The notes: generated by a model from the letters alone, not told the origin. A stretch of 64,000 bases of DNA from Dehalococcoidia bacterium (GCA_965204805.1 OZ242013.1:2605232-2669231); one strand, 5' to 3'; positions 9,182 to 18,010 are shown, counted from the first letter of the stretch. Translations and numbers: made by a program.

Positions 9182-9667
9182 ATGACCATAGAAACCCCGC
9201 TGCTCACCGCCTTTGCCGCCACCGCGGGCGCTGTCCTGATAGCCGTCATCGGCCTGATAGCCAGCGTCCACTACCGGCTGGGCAAGCTGGAAAAGGGTCA
9301 AGAAGCCCTGGCCCAGGAAGACGCCCACACCCGGGAGATGGTGGCCCAAGAAAACGCCCATACCCGGGAATTGATTGCCCAAACCCAAGAGATAATAACT
9401 CAGGGAAACGCCCAAACCAGAGAACTGATCGCCCAAACGCGGGAGATGGCAGCACAAGGAGACGCGCAAAACCGGGAATTGATCGCCCATACCCGGGAAT
9501 TGATAGTGCAGGAAATCGCCGCCTTGCGTGATCGCTCCGACGCCCAGCACGCGGAAATGATGGCCGCCATCCAGCGCCTTACCGACGCCTTCCTGTCCCA
9601 CAGCCACGACACCGACGGCACCATCCGGTTCAGCATTCCACCCCCGCCCACGCCATCGCCGGAGTAG
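9182..9667 (+). CDS. membrane-anchored repeat protein (degenerate ~11-aa AHTRELIAQ repeats)
   Basis: N-terminal TM segment 'LLTAFAATAGAVLIAVIGLIASV'. Repeats read 'AHTREMVAQEN AHTRELIAQTQ ...AQTRELIAQT REMAAQGD AQNRELIAH TRELIVQE'. The C-terminus is 'HSHDTDGTIRFSIPPPPTPSPE'. Confidence 0.5.
   Translation: MTIETPLLTAFAATAGAVLIAVIGLIASVHYRLGKLEKGQEALAQEDAHTREMVAQENAHTRELIAQTQEIITQGNAQTRELIAQTREMAAQGDAQNRELIAHTRELIVQEIAALRDRSDAQHAEMMAAIQRLTDAFLSHSHDTDGTIRFSIPPPPTPSPE
9310..9515 (+). repeat. coding tandem repeat (irregular ~24-33 nt units, GCCCAYACCCGGGARWTG core)
   Basis: Repeated GCCCA(C/T)ACCCGGGA(G/A)(A/T)TG and related units, visible directly in the DNA of ORF 9182..9667. Confidence 0.6.
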
Positions 9668-9800
9668 CGGTCCCATTGTCCAACCGGCGGCCCGCCCCAC
9701 GGACGAAAGGTAATGAAACGCAGCGAGACACGCATCCTGACCACTCACATCAAAATTGTCCTCTGCGCTTTTTGCAATCCAAGACATTAGGAGGATCCCG

Positions 9801-11348
9801 ATGAGATATAACTACATCGTAGTCGGCGGTGGTTCGGCGGGTTGTGTCATGGCGGCGCGGTTGTCAGAAGACCCGGACGTTACCGTTCTGTTATTGGAGG
9901 CGGGGCCGGACTATCCCGTGTTTGAGACTCTCCCCGACGACCTGAAGCTGGGCAACAACGTGTTCCTCTCCGCCTATGGCCCGCACAGTTGGGCCTACCG
10001 CGGCCACATGACCGACGAAATGACCGACCTGGAAATCCCCCGCGGCCGGGCCACCGGCGGCTCCAGCGCCATCAACGGGCAGGTGCTGTTGCGCGGCATA
10101 CCCGAGGACTACGACCGCTGGGCCGAGTGGGGCAACGACGAGTGGGGCTTCACCCAGTGCCTTCCCTACTTCAACAAGATGGAGACCGACCTCGATTTCG
10201 GCGGCGGCGACTTTCACGGCAACGACGGGCCGGTACCGGTGCGCCGCTACCCGCGCGCTGAGTGGATGCCCCACGCCGTGGCCTTCGAACAGGGCTGTAT
10301 CGCCGAGGGATACCCAGTCCACGAGGACCAGAACGACCCAGAGTCCACCGGCATATCACCCCGCGCCCGCAACACCATCGAAGGAATGCGGATGAGCAAC
10401 GCCCTCAACTACCTTGACCCGGCGCGACACCGCCTCAACCTCACCATCCGCGGCAGCGTCACGACCCATCGCGTCCTGTTTCAGGGCAGGCGCGCCGTGG
10501 GTGTGGAAGCCGAGAGCGGCGGAGAGATGTTCACCGTGGAGGGCGACCAGATCATTCTTTGCAGCGGCGCGGTGGCGTCGCCCCAGTTGCTGATGCTCTC
10601 CGGCGTCGGCCCAGCCGACCATCTGCAGAGCTTCGGCGTCGATGTGGTTCACGACTCGCCCGGCGTGGGCAAGAACCTGCGGGACCATCCGTCGGCGGCG
10701 GTCTTGTACCGGGCGAAAGGGGAGCGGCCCGACGTGCAGGCGCCGATGACCCAGGTCGGCCTGCGCTACACCGCTACTGATTCGCCTCTGCGCAACGATA
10801 TGCAGCTCCAGCCCATGCTGATGACCAGCGAGCACCGGCCGGCGCAGGTGGAAATCGACGACGACGCAAACTATATCGGCATGAACGCCAGCCTCCAGCT
10901 CGCGCTGGGACAGGGGGAGCTGACCCTTCAGTCCACCGACCCTCACGTCCAGCCCTACATCCACTACAACTACTACCGCGAGGAGGAGGACCTGCGCCGG
11001 ATGCGCGACGGGATTCGCCTCGGCGTCCGCGTTGCCGAGCAGCCGATGTACCAGGACCTTCTCGAGGAACGGGTAACCCCCACCGACGAGGATCTCGCCA
11101 CCAACGAGGCCCTGGACCAGTGGCTGCTGCGCAACTCAGGCACGTCGCACCACATCTCCGGCACCTGCAAAATGGGGCCGGACAACGACCCGATGACGGT
11201 GGTAGACCAGTACCTCAAGGTCAAGGGCGTGGAGAACCTGCGCGTAGCTGACGCCTCGGTCATGCCCGACTGCATCCGAGCCAACACCAACGCCACCACC
11301 ATCATGATCGCCGAGAAGCTGGCCGACTTCATCAAGACCGGGAAGTAG
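9801..11348 (+). CDS. GMC-family FAD oxidoreductase, paralog 2
   Basis: 'MRYNYIVVGGGSAGCVMAARLSEDPDVTVLLLEAGPD'. It is collinear and highly similar to 6802..8367 along its full length. I trimmed the start to ATG 9801, which follows TAGGAGGAT. Confidence 0.9.
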   Translation: MRYNYIVVGGGSAGCVMAARLSEDPDVTVLLLEAGPDYPVFETLPDDLKLGNNVFLSAYGPHSWAYRGHMTDEMTDLEIPRGRATGGSSAINGQVLLRGIPEDYDRWAEWGNDEWGFTQCLPYFNKMETDLDFGGGDFHGNDGPVPVRRYPRAEWMPHAVAFEQGCIAEGYPVHEDQNDPESTGISPRARNTIEGMRMSNALNYLDPARHRLNLTIRGSVTTHRVLFQGRRAVGVEAESGGEMFTVEGDQIILCSGAVASPQLLMLSGVGPADHLQSFGVDVVHDSPGVGKNLRDHPSAAVLYRAKGERPDVQAPMTQVGLRYTATDSPLRNDMQLQPMLMTSEHRPAQVEIDDDANYIGMNASLQLALGQGELTLQSTDPHVQPYIHYNYYREEEDLRRMRDGIRLGVRVAEQPMYQDLLEERVTPTDEDLATNEALDQWLLRNSGTSHHISGTCKMGPDNDPMTVVDQYLKVKGVENLRVADASVMPDCIRANTNATTIMIAEKLADFIKTGK

Positions 11349-11349
11349 C

Positions 11350-11384
11350 GGCTTGGGGGCGGGTCTTATACCCGCCCCCAAGCC
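11350..11384 (+). terminator. hairpin after GMC paralog 2 (terminator-like, no T tract)
   Basis: 15-bp stem GGCTTGGGGGCGGGT/ACCCGCCCCCAAGCC. It shares the GGGGCGGGT...ACCCGCCCC core with the hairpin at 8396. Confidence 0.4.
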
Positions 11385-11421
11385 GTTCATCGCGGCAAAT
11401 CCGGTAGGGCAATGGCCGTTG

Positions 11422-12486
11422 ATGCTCAAACGCACCCTCATAGTTGCGCTCTCCCTGCTGCTACTAACAGCCTGCGCAACTCAGACTGAGACTGAGACTA
11501 AGCCGGAGTCGGAAGCAGACAAAATCGCGGCAGGGGTGGCAGCCACCCTCGAGGCCCGGAGGGTTGAGGCTGACATATCATCCACCCTGGAGGCTATTGC
11601 CACTTCCACCCCCGTTCCGACTCTCCAGCCTGATGTAATTGTCATCACAAATCCCTCTGGCGAAGACTACTCCTGGGGCTTACTTCACGCGAGGGTGGGG
11701 ACGCACAAGACCGATGCCGAGGCTCCATCGGCCCTCGACCTGGAACGGGAAGCCCTGGTCAGCCTGTTCCAGGCCACTGGGGGAGAGTCCTGGAACCTGA
11801 ACGACAAATGGCTGAGTGACAGGCCGGTCGGCGAATGGTTCGGCGTAACCACTGACGCCAATGGCCGAGTCACCGAACTGGACCTCCGCTACAACGTCCT
11901 GAAGGGCGAGCTTCCGCCGACATTGGGCAATTTGGCCCAACTCCTTGTTCTGAGCCTCGGCGGCACCGGATTGAGCGGTGAGATACCCCGCGAGTTGGGC
12001 ATCCTTACCAATCTCGTGGAACTGTGGCTATGGGGAAACGAATTAAGTGGTGAGATACCCCCGGAATTGGGACGCCTTGCCAACTTGGAAGTTCTGGACC
12101 TGAACGGCAACTTGCTGCAAGGCGAGATTCCCCCGGAACTGGGCAACCTCTCCAGCCTCAAACAGCTGAGACTTTGGGAAAACAGGCTCAACGGCGAAAT
12201 ACCGCCGGAGCTGGGGAATCTCTCCAGGCTGACAAGTTTGGGCCTCAGTTTGAACGGACTGAGCGGGGAGTTGCCGCAGGAGTTGGGAAACCTCACCGAG
12301 CTGGAATGGATGGACATTTCCAATAACCAGTTGGCAGGAGAGGTTCCGATGGAGTTCGGCAATCTGTCGAACCTGGAAGAGTTATACCTCTTCGGAAACC
12401 AGTTGAGCGGGTGCCTGCCGGCCTCCCTGCAAAGCCAGTTGACCAACGAAGCAGAGCTGTCATTTTGCCCCGCCACCAACCCATAG
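11422..12486 (+). CDS. lipoprotein with plant-type (24-residue) leucine-rich repeats
   Basis: Signal/lipobox 'MLKRTLIVALSLLLLTAC'. About 8 consecutive repeats of LxxLxxLxLxxNxLxGEIPxELGN, for example 'GEIPPELGNLSSLKQLRLWENRLN'. I trimmed the start from 11353. Confidence 0.8.
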   Translation: MLKRTLIVALSLLLLTACATQTETETKPESEADKIAAGVAATLEARRVEADISSTLEAIATSTPVPTLQPDVIVITNPSGEDYSWGLLHARVGTHKTDAEAPSALDLEREALVSLFQATGGESWNLNDKWLSDRPVGEWFGVTTDANGRVTELDLRYNVLKGELPPTLGNLAQLLVLSLGGTGLSGEIPRELGILTNLVELWLWGNELSGEIPPELGRLANLEVLDLNGNLLQGEIPPELGNLSSLKQLRLWENRLNGEIPPELGNLSRLTSLGLSLNGLSGELPQELGNLTELEWMDISNNQLAGEVPMEFGNLSNLEELYLFGNQLSGCLPASLQSQLTNEAELSFCPATNP

Positions 12487-12588
12487 ATGGCAAGAAAACG
12501 CCCAGGAGCGCTCTGATTGGAGAGCGTGTGCGACATCCCTTCCTATCCTGGGGAAGGGAAATCAATATTCCGAGATGAATTGCCGGCC

Positions 12589-13734
12589 ATGAAACGCAGT
12601 GAAGCGCGCATCCTGACCACCCACACCGGCAGCCTGCCCCGGCCCGAGGGGCTGGTGGCGATGCTGGGCGCCGTTTCGCGGGGCGAGCCGGTAGACGAGG
12701 CAGCTTTGGCGGACGCGGCGCGGGCTGCAGCCGCTGACGTGGTGCAAGCCCAAGCGGACGCGGGGGTCGACGTCATCAACAGCGGCGAACAGTCCCGCAT
12801 CAGTTTCTCCACTTATGTCACCCAGCGGATGTCCGGCTTCGGCGGCTCCTGGACCCGGCGGGGACACCGTGACCAGAACGAGTTCCCCTCCATCGTGCGC
12901 CCCCGCGTAGTACAGCTCATGCGGGACGTGCCCATGTGCGTCGGCCCCCTATCCTACGACCGCCTGGACATCGCTGAGCAGGAATGCGACGACTTGATTG
13001 GTGCAGTGAGCGGTTCAGGTGCGGCCCATAAGGAACTGTTCATGACCGCCGCCTCTCCCGGCATCATCACCCTGACCATGAAGAACGGCCACTACCCAAC
13101 ATACGAAGATTACGTGTACGCCGTGGCCGAGGAGATGCGCAAGGAGTACGAATTGGTGGTGTCCAAGGGGTTGGTCCTGCAACTGGACTGCCCAGATCTG
13201 GCCATGGAGCGGCACATTTCCTACCAGGACGAGCCACTGGAAGTCTTCCAGGCAGTGGTAGAGCTGCACATCGACGCCATCAATCGCGCCCTGGTGAACA
13301 TCCCCCGCGACCGAGTGCGGCTGCACGTCTGCTGGGGCAACAGCGAAGGGCCGCACCACCACGACGTGCCGCTGGAGGACATCCTGTCCATCATCTACCA
13401 AGCCAACGTCGGAGCGCTGGTGATGGAGATGGCCAACCCGCGCCATGCCCACGAGCATCGCGTTTATCGCGACCTTCCCCTCCCCGACGGGACGCTGCTG
13501 GTGGCCGGCGTGATAGACACGAAGACTAACTACGTGGAGCATCCCAGGCTGGTGGCCGACCGGCTGCACCAGGCGGTGACCGCCGCGGGCGGCGACCCGA
13601 CCCGCGTGCTTGCCGGCACAGACTGCGGCTTCGACACCTCCGCCGGCTCCAACCGGGTGGATGCCGGTATCGTCTGGCTCAAGCTGCGCGCCATGCGGGA
13701 AGGCGCCGACATCGCCAGCCATGAGCTGTTCTAG
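12589..13734 (+). CDS. cobalamin-independent methionine synthase (MetE C-terminal)-like protein
   Basis: 'MKRSEARILTTHTGSLPRPEGLV' and 'VCWGNSEGPHHHD', typical of the MetE-like/UROD-like family. I trimmed the start to ATG 12589. Confidence 0.7.
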   Translation: MKRSEARILTTHTGSLPRPEGLVAMLGAVSRGEPVDEAALADAARAAAADVVQAQADAGVDVINSGEQSRISFSTYVTQRMSGFGGSWTRRGHRDQNEFPSIVRPRVVQLMRDVPMCVGPLSYDRLDIAEQECDDLIGAVSGSGAAHKELFMTAASPGIITLTMKNGHYPTYEDYVYAVAEEMRKEYELVVSKGLVLQLDCPDLAMERHISYQDEPLEVFQAVVELHIDAINRALVNIPRDRVRLHVCWGNSEGPHHHDVPLEDILSIIYQANVGALVMEMANPRHAHEHRVYRDLPLPDGTLLVAGVIDTKTNYVEHPRLVADRLHQAVTAAGGDPTRVLAGTDCGFDTSAGSNRVDAGIVWLKLRAMREGADIASHELF

Positions 13735-13754
13735 GAGTGCGTGGAAAGGCCGCG

Positions 13755-13887
13755 CCGTTTGTCCTGAGCTTGTCGAAGGGCGGGAAATTAGGCGGTGGAC
13801 GGTTGCCTGGCGAGTGTCAACGTTTGCGAGGCAGGCGCTCTGGCAACCCAAACCCGTTCATCCTTCGACAAGCTCAGGACGAACGGG
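13755..13887. repeat. inverted pair of an 'FDKLRTNG/PELVEG'-type element between convergent genes
   Basis: CCGTTTGTCCTGAGCTTGTCGAAGG (13755-) pairs with CCTTCGACAAGCTCAGGACGAACGG (-13887), about 24/25 matches. A nested GGTTGCC...GGCAACC pair lies inside. A half copy is at 4531..4557. Confidence 0.6.
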
Positions 13888-13914
13888 TTTTGCGATAACA
13901 ATTGCAGAGTCAAC

Positions 13915-14883
13915 CTAATGCAGGTAGCAGGCCACGTAGTGCCCGGGGGAAACTTCCTTCAGTTCCGGCTCGTCTTGTGAGCAGTGGCTCATCACGAAGG
14001 GGCAGCGGGGGTTGAAGCGGCAGCCGGGCGGCACGTTCAGCGCGCTGGGCACTTCGCCGGTTATGGTCTCTTCCTCCTGCTCCTCATCGGGGCTAGAGGG
14101 CAGCGCCGCCGCGAACAGCGCCCTGGTGTACGGGTGGAGCGGGTTCTCGCAAAGCTCCTGGCTTTCGGCCAGCTCCACGATCTTGCCCAGGTACATCACG
14201 GCGATGCGATGGCTCATGTGGGCAACGGTGGCCAGGTCATGGCCGATGAAGAGATAAGACACCCCCAGCTCGGCCTGCAGCTCTTCCAGCAGGTTGATGA
14301 TCTGGGCGCGGATGGATACATCCAGGCCAGAAACCGGCTCGTCCAGCAATATCAGACGGGTCTCGGTGGCCAGGGAGCGGGCGATGGCTATGCGCTGCCT
14401 CTGTCCGCCGCTGAACTCGTGAGGGAACAGGGGAGACATGTCGGGCTGCAGCCCTACCAGTCGCATCACCTCGCCGACCCGGTCGTAGATTGCGCTGCGC
14501 GACAGGTCGGTATGGATTTCGAGCGGCTCGGCGATAATATCGCGTATACGCATACGGGGACTCAACGAACTGAAGGGGTCCTGGAACACCACTTGCACCG
14601 ATCCCCGGTAATTCTTGAGCTGGCTGCCGCTGAGATTGGTTACGTCCTCGCCGTCGAAGTTTATCGACCCCTCGGTGGCTGCCTCCTGAAGCAGCAGCAG
14701 CTTCGCCGTAGTGGTTTTCCCGCAGCCCGATTCACCGATGACGCCCAGCGTCTCACCAGGATAGATTTCGAAGTCTATCCCATCGACGGCCTTCACATAC
14801 GCGCTGGGGCGCCAGAAGACCATCCCGTCGGTCACCGGGAAGTATTTTTTGAGACCTTCAACTTTAAGTAGCGGCTCCGGCAC
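13915..14883 (-). CDS. oligopeptide/dipeptide ABC transporter ATP-binding protein (OppF/DppF-like)
   Basis: Walker A 'GESGCGKTT', signature 'FSGGQRQRIAIAR', Walker B 'LILLDEP', and a C-terminal Cys-containing oligopeptide-transporter tail. Confidence 0.9.
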   Translation of the reverse strand: MPEPLLKVEGLKKYFPVTDGMVFWRPSAYVKAVDGIDFEIYPGETLGVIGESGCGKTTTAKLLLLQEAATEGSINFDGEDVTNLSGSQLKNYRGSVQVVFQDPFSSLSPRMRIRDIIAEPLEIHTDLSRSAIYDRVGEVMRLVGLQPDMSPLFPHEFSGGQRQRIAIARSLATETRLILLDEPVSGLDVSIRAQIINLLEELQAELGVSYLFIGHDLATVAHMSHRIAVMYLGKIVELAESQELCENPLHPYTRALFAAALPSSPDEEQEEETITGEVPSALNVPPGCRFNPRCPFVMSHCSQDEPELKEVSPGHYVACYLH

Positions 14884-15865
14884 CCTGCATCTCCTCCTTC
14901 TGGTTCGCCAACCAGCACATAGCTTCCCAGCCTCCCCCGCGGCTGATCATGGGCGGTTCCTCAACTTTGCAGCGGTCCATCACCTGGGGGCAGCGGGGGT
15001 GGAAGTAGCACCCCTGGGGCAGCGAGGCCAGGTTGGGCGGCTGCCCGGGTATTGCGAACAGCGGGTCCTTGCTGCCAATCTTGGGGATGGAACCCAAGAG
15101 GGCCTGGGTGTAGGGGTGCTGGGGATTGCGGAAGATTTCCCTCACACTCCCCTGCTCCACTATTTGCCCCGCGTACATCACGGCCAGCTTATCGCACATC
15201 TTGGCAACGATGCCCAGGTTGTGGGTCACGAATATCAGACCCACCCCGGTTTCCCGCTGGATGTCCCGGAGCAGGTTCAGGTACTGGGCCTGGATGGTGA
15301 CGTCGAGGTTTGTCGTTGGCTCGTCGGCGATAATCAGCCTCGGCCCGCCGGCGAGGGCGATGGCGCCCACGATGCGCTGGCGCATACCGCCGCTCATCTG
15401 GTGGGGGTATTCCTTCATCCTTGTTTCCGGGGACGGGATGCGCACCGACTGGAGCAGGCTTCTGACCCTCTCCCTCAAAGCCCGGCCGTGCAGGTCCTGG
15501 TGGTAGTAGGCCGGCTCCCCTACCTGCGTGCGAATGCTGAACAGGGGGTTAAGAGAGGCCATGGGGTCCTGGAGAATCATCGCAATGCGGCTGCCACGAA
15601 TGCGGCGCATCTCGCTCGCGGACTTGGGAACGATGTCATCCCCGTCGAACTCGATGCTGCCTTCCACGATTCGGCCCGCGGGCGGCAACAGGCGTACCAG
15701 CGAGAGGCAGGTGGTGGTCTTGCCGCACCCCGACTCGCCCACCAGCCCCATCGTCTCGCCTTCTTCCAGCGTGAAATCTATGCCGTCAACCGCCTTCACC
15801 ACCCGCGTTCCGCGGAAGGTGAAGAAGTGGGTTTTCAGGCCCGATACTTTCAGCAAGGGAGGCAT
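14864..15865 (-). CDS. oligopeptide/dipeptide ABC transporter ATP-binding protein (OppD/DppD-like)
   Basis: 'GESGCGKTT', 'MSGGMRQRIVGAIALA' and 'LIIADEPTTNLD'. Confidence 0.9.
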   Translation of the reverse strand: MPPLLKVSGLKTHFFTFRGTRVVKAVDGIDFTLEEGETMGLVGESGCGKTTTCLSLVRLLPPAGRIVEGSIEFDGDDIVPKSASEMRRIRGSRIAMILQDPMASLNPLFSIRTQVGEPAYYHQDLHGRALRERVRSLLQSVRIPSPETRMKEYPHQMSGGMRQRIVGAIALAGGPRLIIADEPTTNLDVTIQAQYLNLLRDIQRETGVGLIFVTHNLGIVAKMCDKLAVMYAGQIVEQGSVREIFRNPQHPYTQALLGSIPKIGSKDPLFAIPGQPPNLASLPQGCYFHPRCPQVMDRCKVEEPPMISRGGGWEAMCWLANQKEEMQGAGAAT

Positions 15866-15880
15866 AATCCGCTTCCTAAC

Positions 15881-15976
15881 TGTCTGAACTATGATTCGTG
15901 TGATTAAATGATTGCCTTGATTCAGATGCGCCCTTAATCAGGGTAATCACTGAATCAAATAAATCACAGTTCAGAC
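15881..15976. repeat. ~90-bp palindromic intergenic element (family 2, GTCTGAAC...GTTCAGAC ends), copy 1
   Basis: TGTCTGAACTATGATT...AATCACAGTTCAGAC. Related copies are at 36227..36302 and 42462..42550. Confidence 0.65.
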
Positions 15977-16881
15977 TAAAGATTTCTCAACTGCGGGTCC
16001 AGCTTAACTCGGAGCCAATCGCCCATTATCTGGGTGGCTAGCACCACCAGCATGATGGCCAGGCCGGGGAACACCGTCAGCCACCACCGGCCGGTCAGCA
16101 GCGTGGGCCGCGCCTCCGCCAGCATGGAACCCCATGCCGGAGCCGGGGGCGGCACGCCCACGCCCAAGAAGCTCAGGGACGCTTCTGCGATGATGACCAC
16201 TCCGATGGTGAGGCTGGCCAGCACGATGGTGGTGTTCATCACGTTGGGCACGATGTGGCGAACCATCACCCGGAACTTGCTGGCCCCGGCCACTTCGGCC
16301 AGCTTCACGAACTCCCGCTCCCGCAGGGAAAGCACCTCGCCGCGGATTACCCTAGCGTACCTGGTCCAGAACACCGCCCCCAGGATGATGACGATGTTCC
16401 ACATACTCGGCCCCACCAGAGTCGCCAGGAATATGGCGAAAATCAGGGCGGGAAGGGCCAGCCAGGCGTCGGTTATGCGCATGATAACCGTGTCCACCCA
16501 CCTCCCCAGGTAGCCGGACAGCACCCCCATTGCGGTGCCGATGGCTGCGGCGGCGAGGGTGCCCACCAGCCCCACGATGATGGAGACACGGCTCCCGTGA
16601 ATCAGGCGGCTGAACACGTCGCGCCCCTGGAAGTCGGTGCCCAGAATGGCGGTCGAGCTACCCCCTTCCAACCACATGGGAGGCGCAAAGAACGCGGGCT
16701 GGACATTCTCCACGGGCAACGTCGGGTCATGGGGGGCTATGACATCTGCGAAGATGGCCAGGATACCCAATAGCGCGAGGATTACGACCGCCGCAATGGG
16801 CATTTCCCGGAAGGCCCGCCATCCCGCTTTCAAGGCCTGAGTTGTCTGGTCAGCTCTCGCTGGCGCAGCTACGGTTGCCAT
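15976..16881 (-). CDS. ABC peptide transporter permease (OppC/DppC-like)
   Basis: Multi-TM protein with the binding-protein-dependent transport signature region 'REFVKLAEVAGASKFRVMVRHIVPNV'. Confidence 0.9.
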   Translation of the reverse strand: MATVAAPARADQTTQALKAGWRAFREMPIAAVVILALLGILAIFADVIAPHDPTLPVENVQPAFFAPPMWLEGGSSTAILGTDFQGRDVFSRLIHGSRVSIIVGLVGTLAAAAIGTAMGVLSGYLGRWVDTVIMRITDAWLALPALIFAIFLATLVGPSMWNIVIILGAVFWTRYARVIRGEVLSLREREFVKLAEVAGASKFRVMVRHIVPNVMNTTIVLASLTIGVVIIAEASLSFLGVGVPPPAPAWGSMLAEARPTLLTGRWWLTVFPGLAIMLVVLATQIMGDWLRVKLDPQLRNL

Positions 16882-16903
16882 AAGCGCTCATCCTTCAAGA
16901 AAT

Positions 16904-16939
16904 CCCCTCTCCCTCTGGGAGAGAGTTAGGGTGAGGGCG
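16904..16939. repeat. REP-like element family 1 (CCCTCTCCC-loop-GGGAGAGGG hairpin plus TTAGGGTGAGGG tail), copy A
   Basis: CCCCTCTCCCTCTGGGAGAGAGTTAGGGTGAGGGCG, located between two permease genes. Confidence 0.7.
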
Positions 16940-16941
16940 TT

Positions 16942-17865
16942 CTACCGCGTGAGACGGATTCGAGGGTCAATGTAGGCGTACAGGATATCCACGAAGAAGT
17001 TCACGACCACAATCAGGAAGCCGATGACGATGACTGCTCCCTGCACCAGAGGGAAGTCCCGCTGGAATATGCCGGAATAGAGCAGGCTGCCCACACCCGG
17101 CCAGGCGAAGATGACCTCGATGACCACCGCGGTATTCAGCAGCAGCACGAGGTAGATTCCCGCCCAGGTCACCACTGGTATCAGGGCGTTTTTGAAGGCG
17201 TGCTTGCCGATGACCACGTAGTCGGGCATACCCTTCAGCCGCGCCAGCTTGATGTACTCGCTGCCCAATACCTCCAGCATACTGGAGCGGGTCAGGCGCA
17301 TGAACGAGGCGGCGAAATACCACCCCAAGGCTATGCAGGGCAGGACAAGGTGGCTGAAACCTCCCTTGCCGGCCACCGGCAGCCAACTGAGATACAGCCC
17401 GAACACTATGAGCAGCACCAGCGCCAGCCAGAAGTTGGGAATGGATAGCCCAAGCAGGGCGACTATCTTCCCCAGGCTGTCCCACCAGGTATTCAGCTTG
17501 ACCGCAGAGAGGATGCCCAGGGGAATTCCGACGGCCATAGCCACAATCAGGGCGCCGGCGGCAAGCTGGAGGGAAGCCGTGAACCGCTGGAAGTAGAGCT
17601 CCCGCACCGGCCGGTTGAACTGGAACGACTGGCCAATGTCTCCCTTGAACACGTTGCTCATAAAGGAGAAATACTGTTCGGGATAGGACTTGTCCAAGCC
17701 CCACTGGGCCCGCATCCTGGCCAGGTCCTCCTCGCGGGCACCGGGCTCAGTATAGAGCCGCGCCGGGTCTCCGCCTGCTATCCGCACCAGGCTGAAGATG
17801 GTGATGCTGATTATCAGGAGGGTAATAATGCTGTAAAAGAAGCGCCGTATGATGAACTGTCGCAC
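16942..17865 (-). CDS. ABC peptide transporter permease (OppB/DppB-like)
   Basis: 'MRQFIIRRFFYSIITLLIISITIF' N-terminus and 'SEYIKLARLKGMPDYVVIGKHAFKNALIPV'. Confidence 0.9.
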   Translation of the reverse strand: MRQFIIRRFFYSIITLLIISITIFSLVRIAGGDPARLYTEPGAREEDLARMRAQWGLDKSYPEQYFSFMSNVFKGDIGQSFQFNRPVRELYFQRFTASLQLAAGALIVAMAVGIPLGILSAVKLNTWWDSLGKIVALLGLSIPNFWLALVLLIVFGLYLSWLPVAGKGGFSHLVLPCIALGWYFAASFMRLTRSSMLEVLGSEYIKLARLKGMPDYVVIGKHAFKNALIPVVTWAGIYLVLLLNTAVVIEVIFAWPGVGSLLYSGIFQRDFPLVQGAVIVIGFLIVVVNFFVDILYAYIDPRIRLTR

Positions 17866-17885
17866 TTTACCCCTTCCTTTTAATT

Positions 17886-17927
17886 CTCCCTCTCCCTTAG
17901 TAGGGAGAGGGTTGGGGTGAGGGTGAG
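17886..17927. repeat. REP-like element family 1, copy B
   Basis: CTCCCTCTCCCTTAGTAGGGAGAGGGTTGGGGTGAGGGTGAG. Confidence 0.7.
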
Positions 17928-17975
17928 TCTTTCGCTTAAAGAACCGTTACCCTGCCGCCGCTGTTCTCTGATAGT

Positions 17976-18010
17976 CCCCTCTCCAGCCGGGGGAGGGTTG
18001 GGTGGGGGCG
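17976..18010. repeat. REP-like element family 1, copy C
   Basis: CCCCTCTCCAGCCGGGGGAGGGTTGGGTGGGGGCG. Confidence 0.7.

Noticed and set aside
11884-12410. Regular 72-nt periodic DNA repeats that could superficially resemble a CRISPR-like array. The same applies to the repeats at 9310..9515.
   Set aside because: They lie inside continuous ORFs and encode LRR units or AHTRELIAQ units. There are no unique spacers between the repeats and no cas genes.
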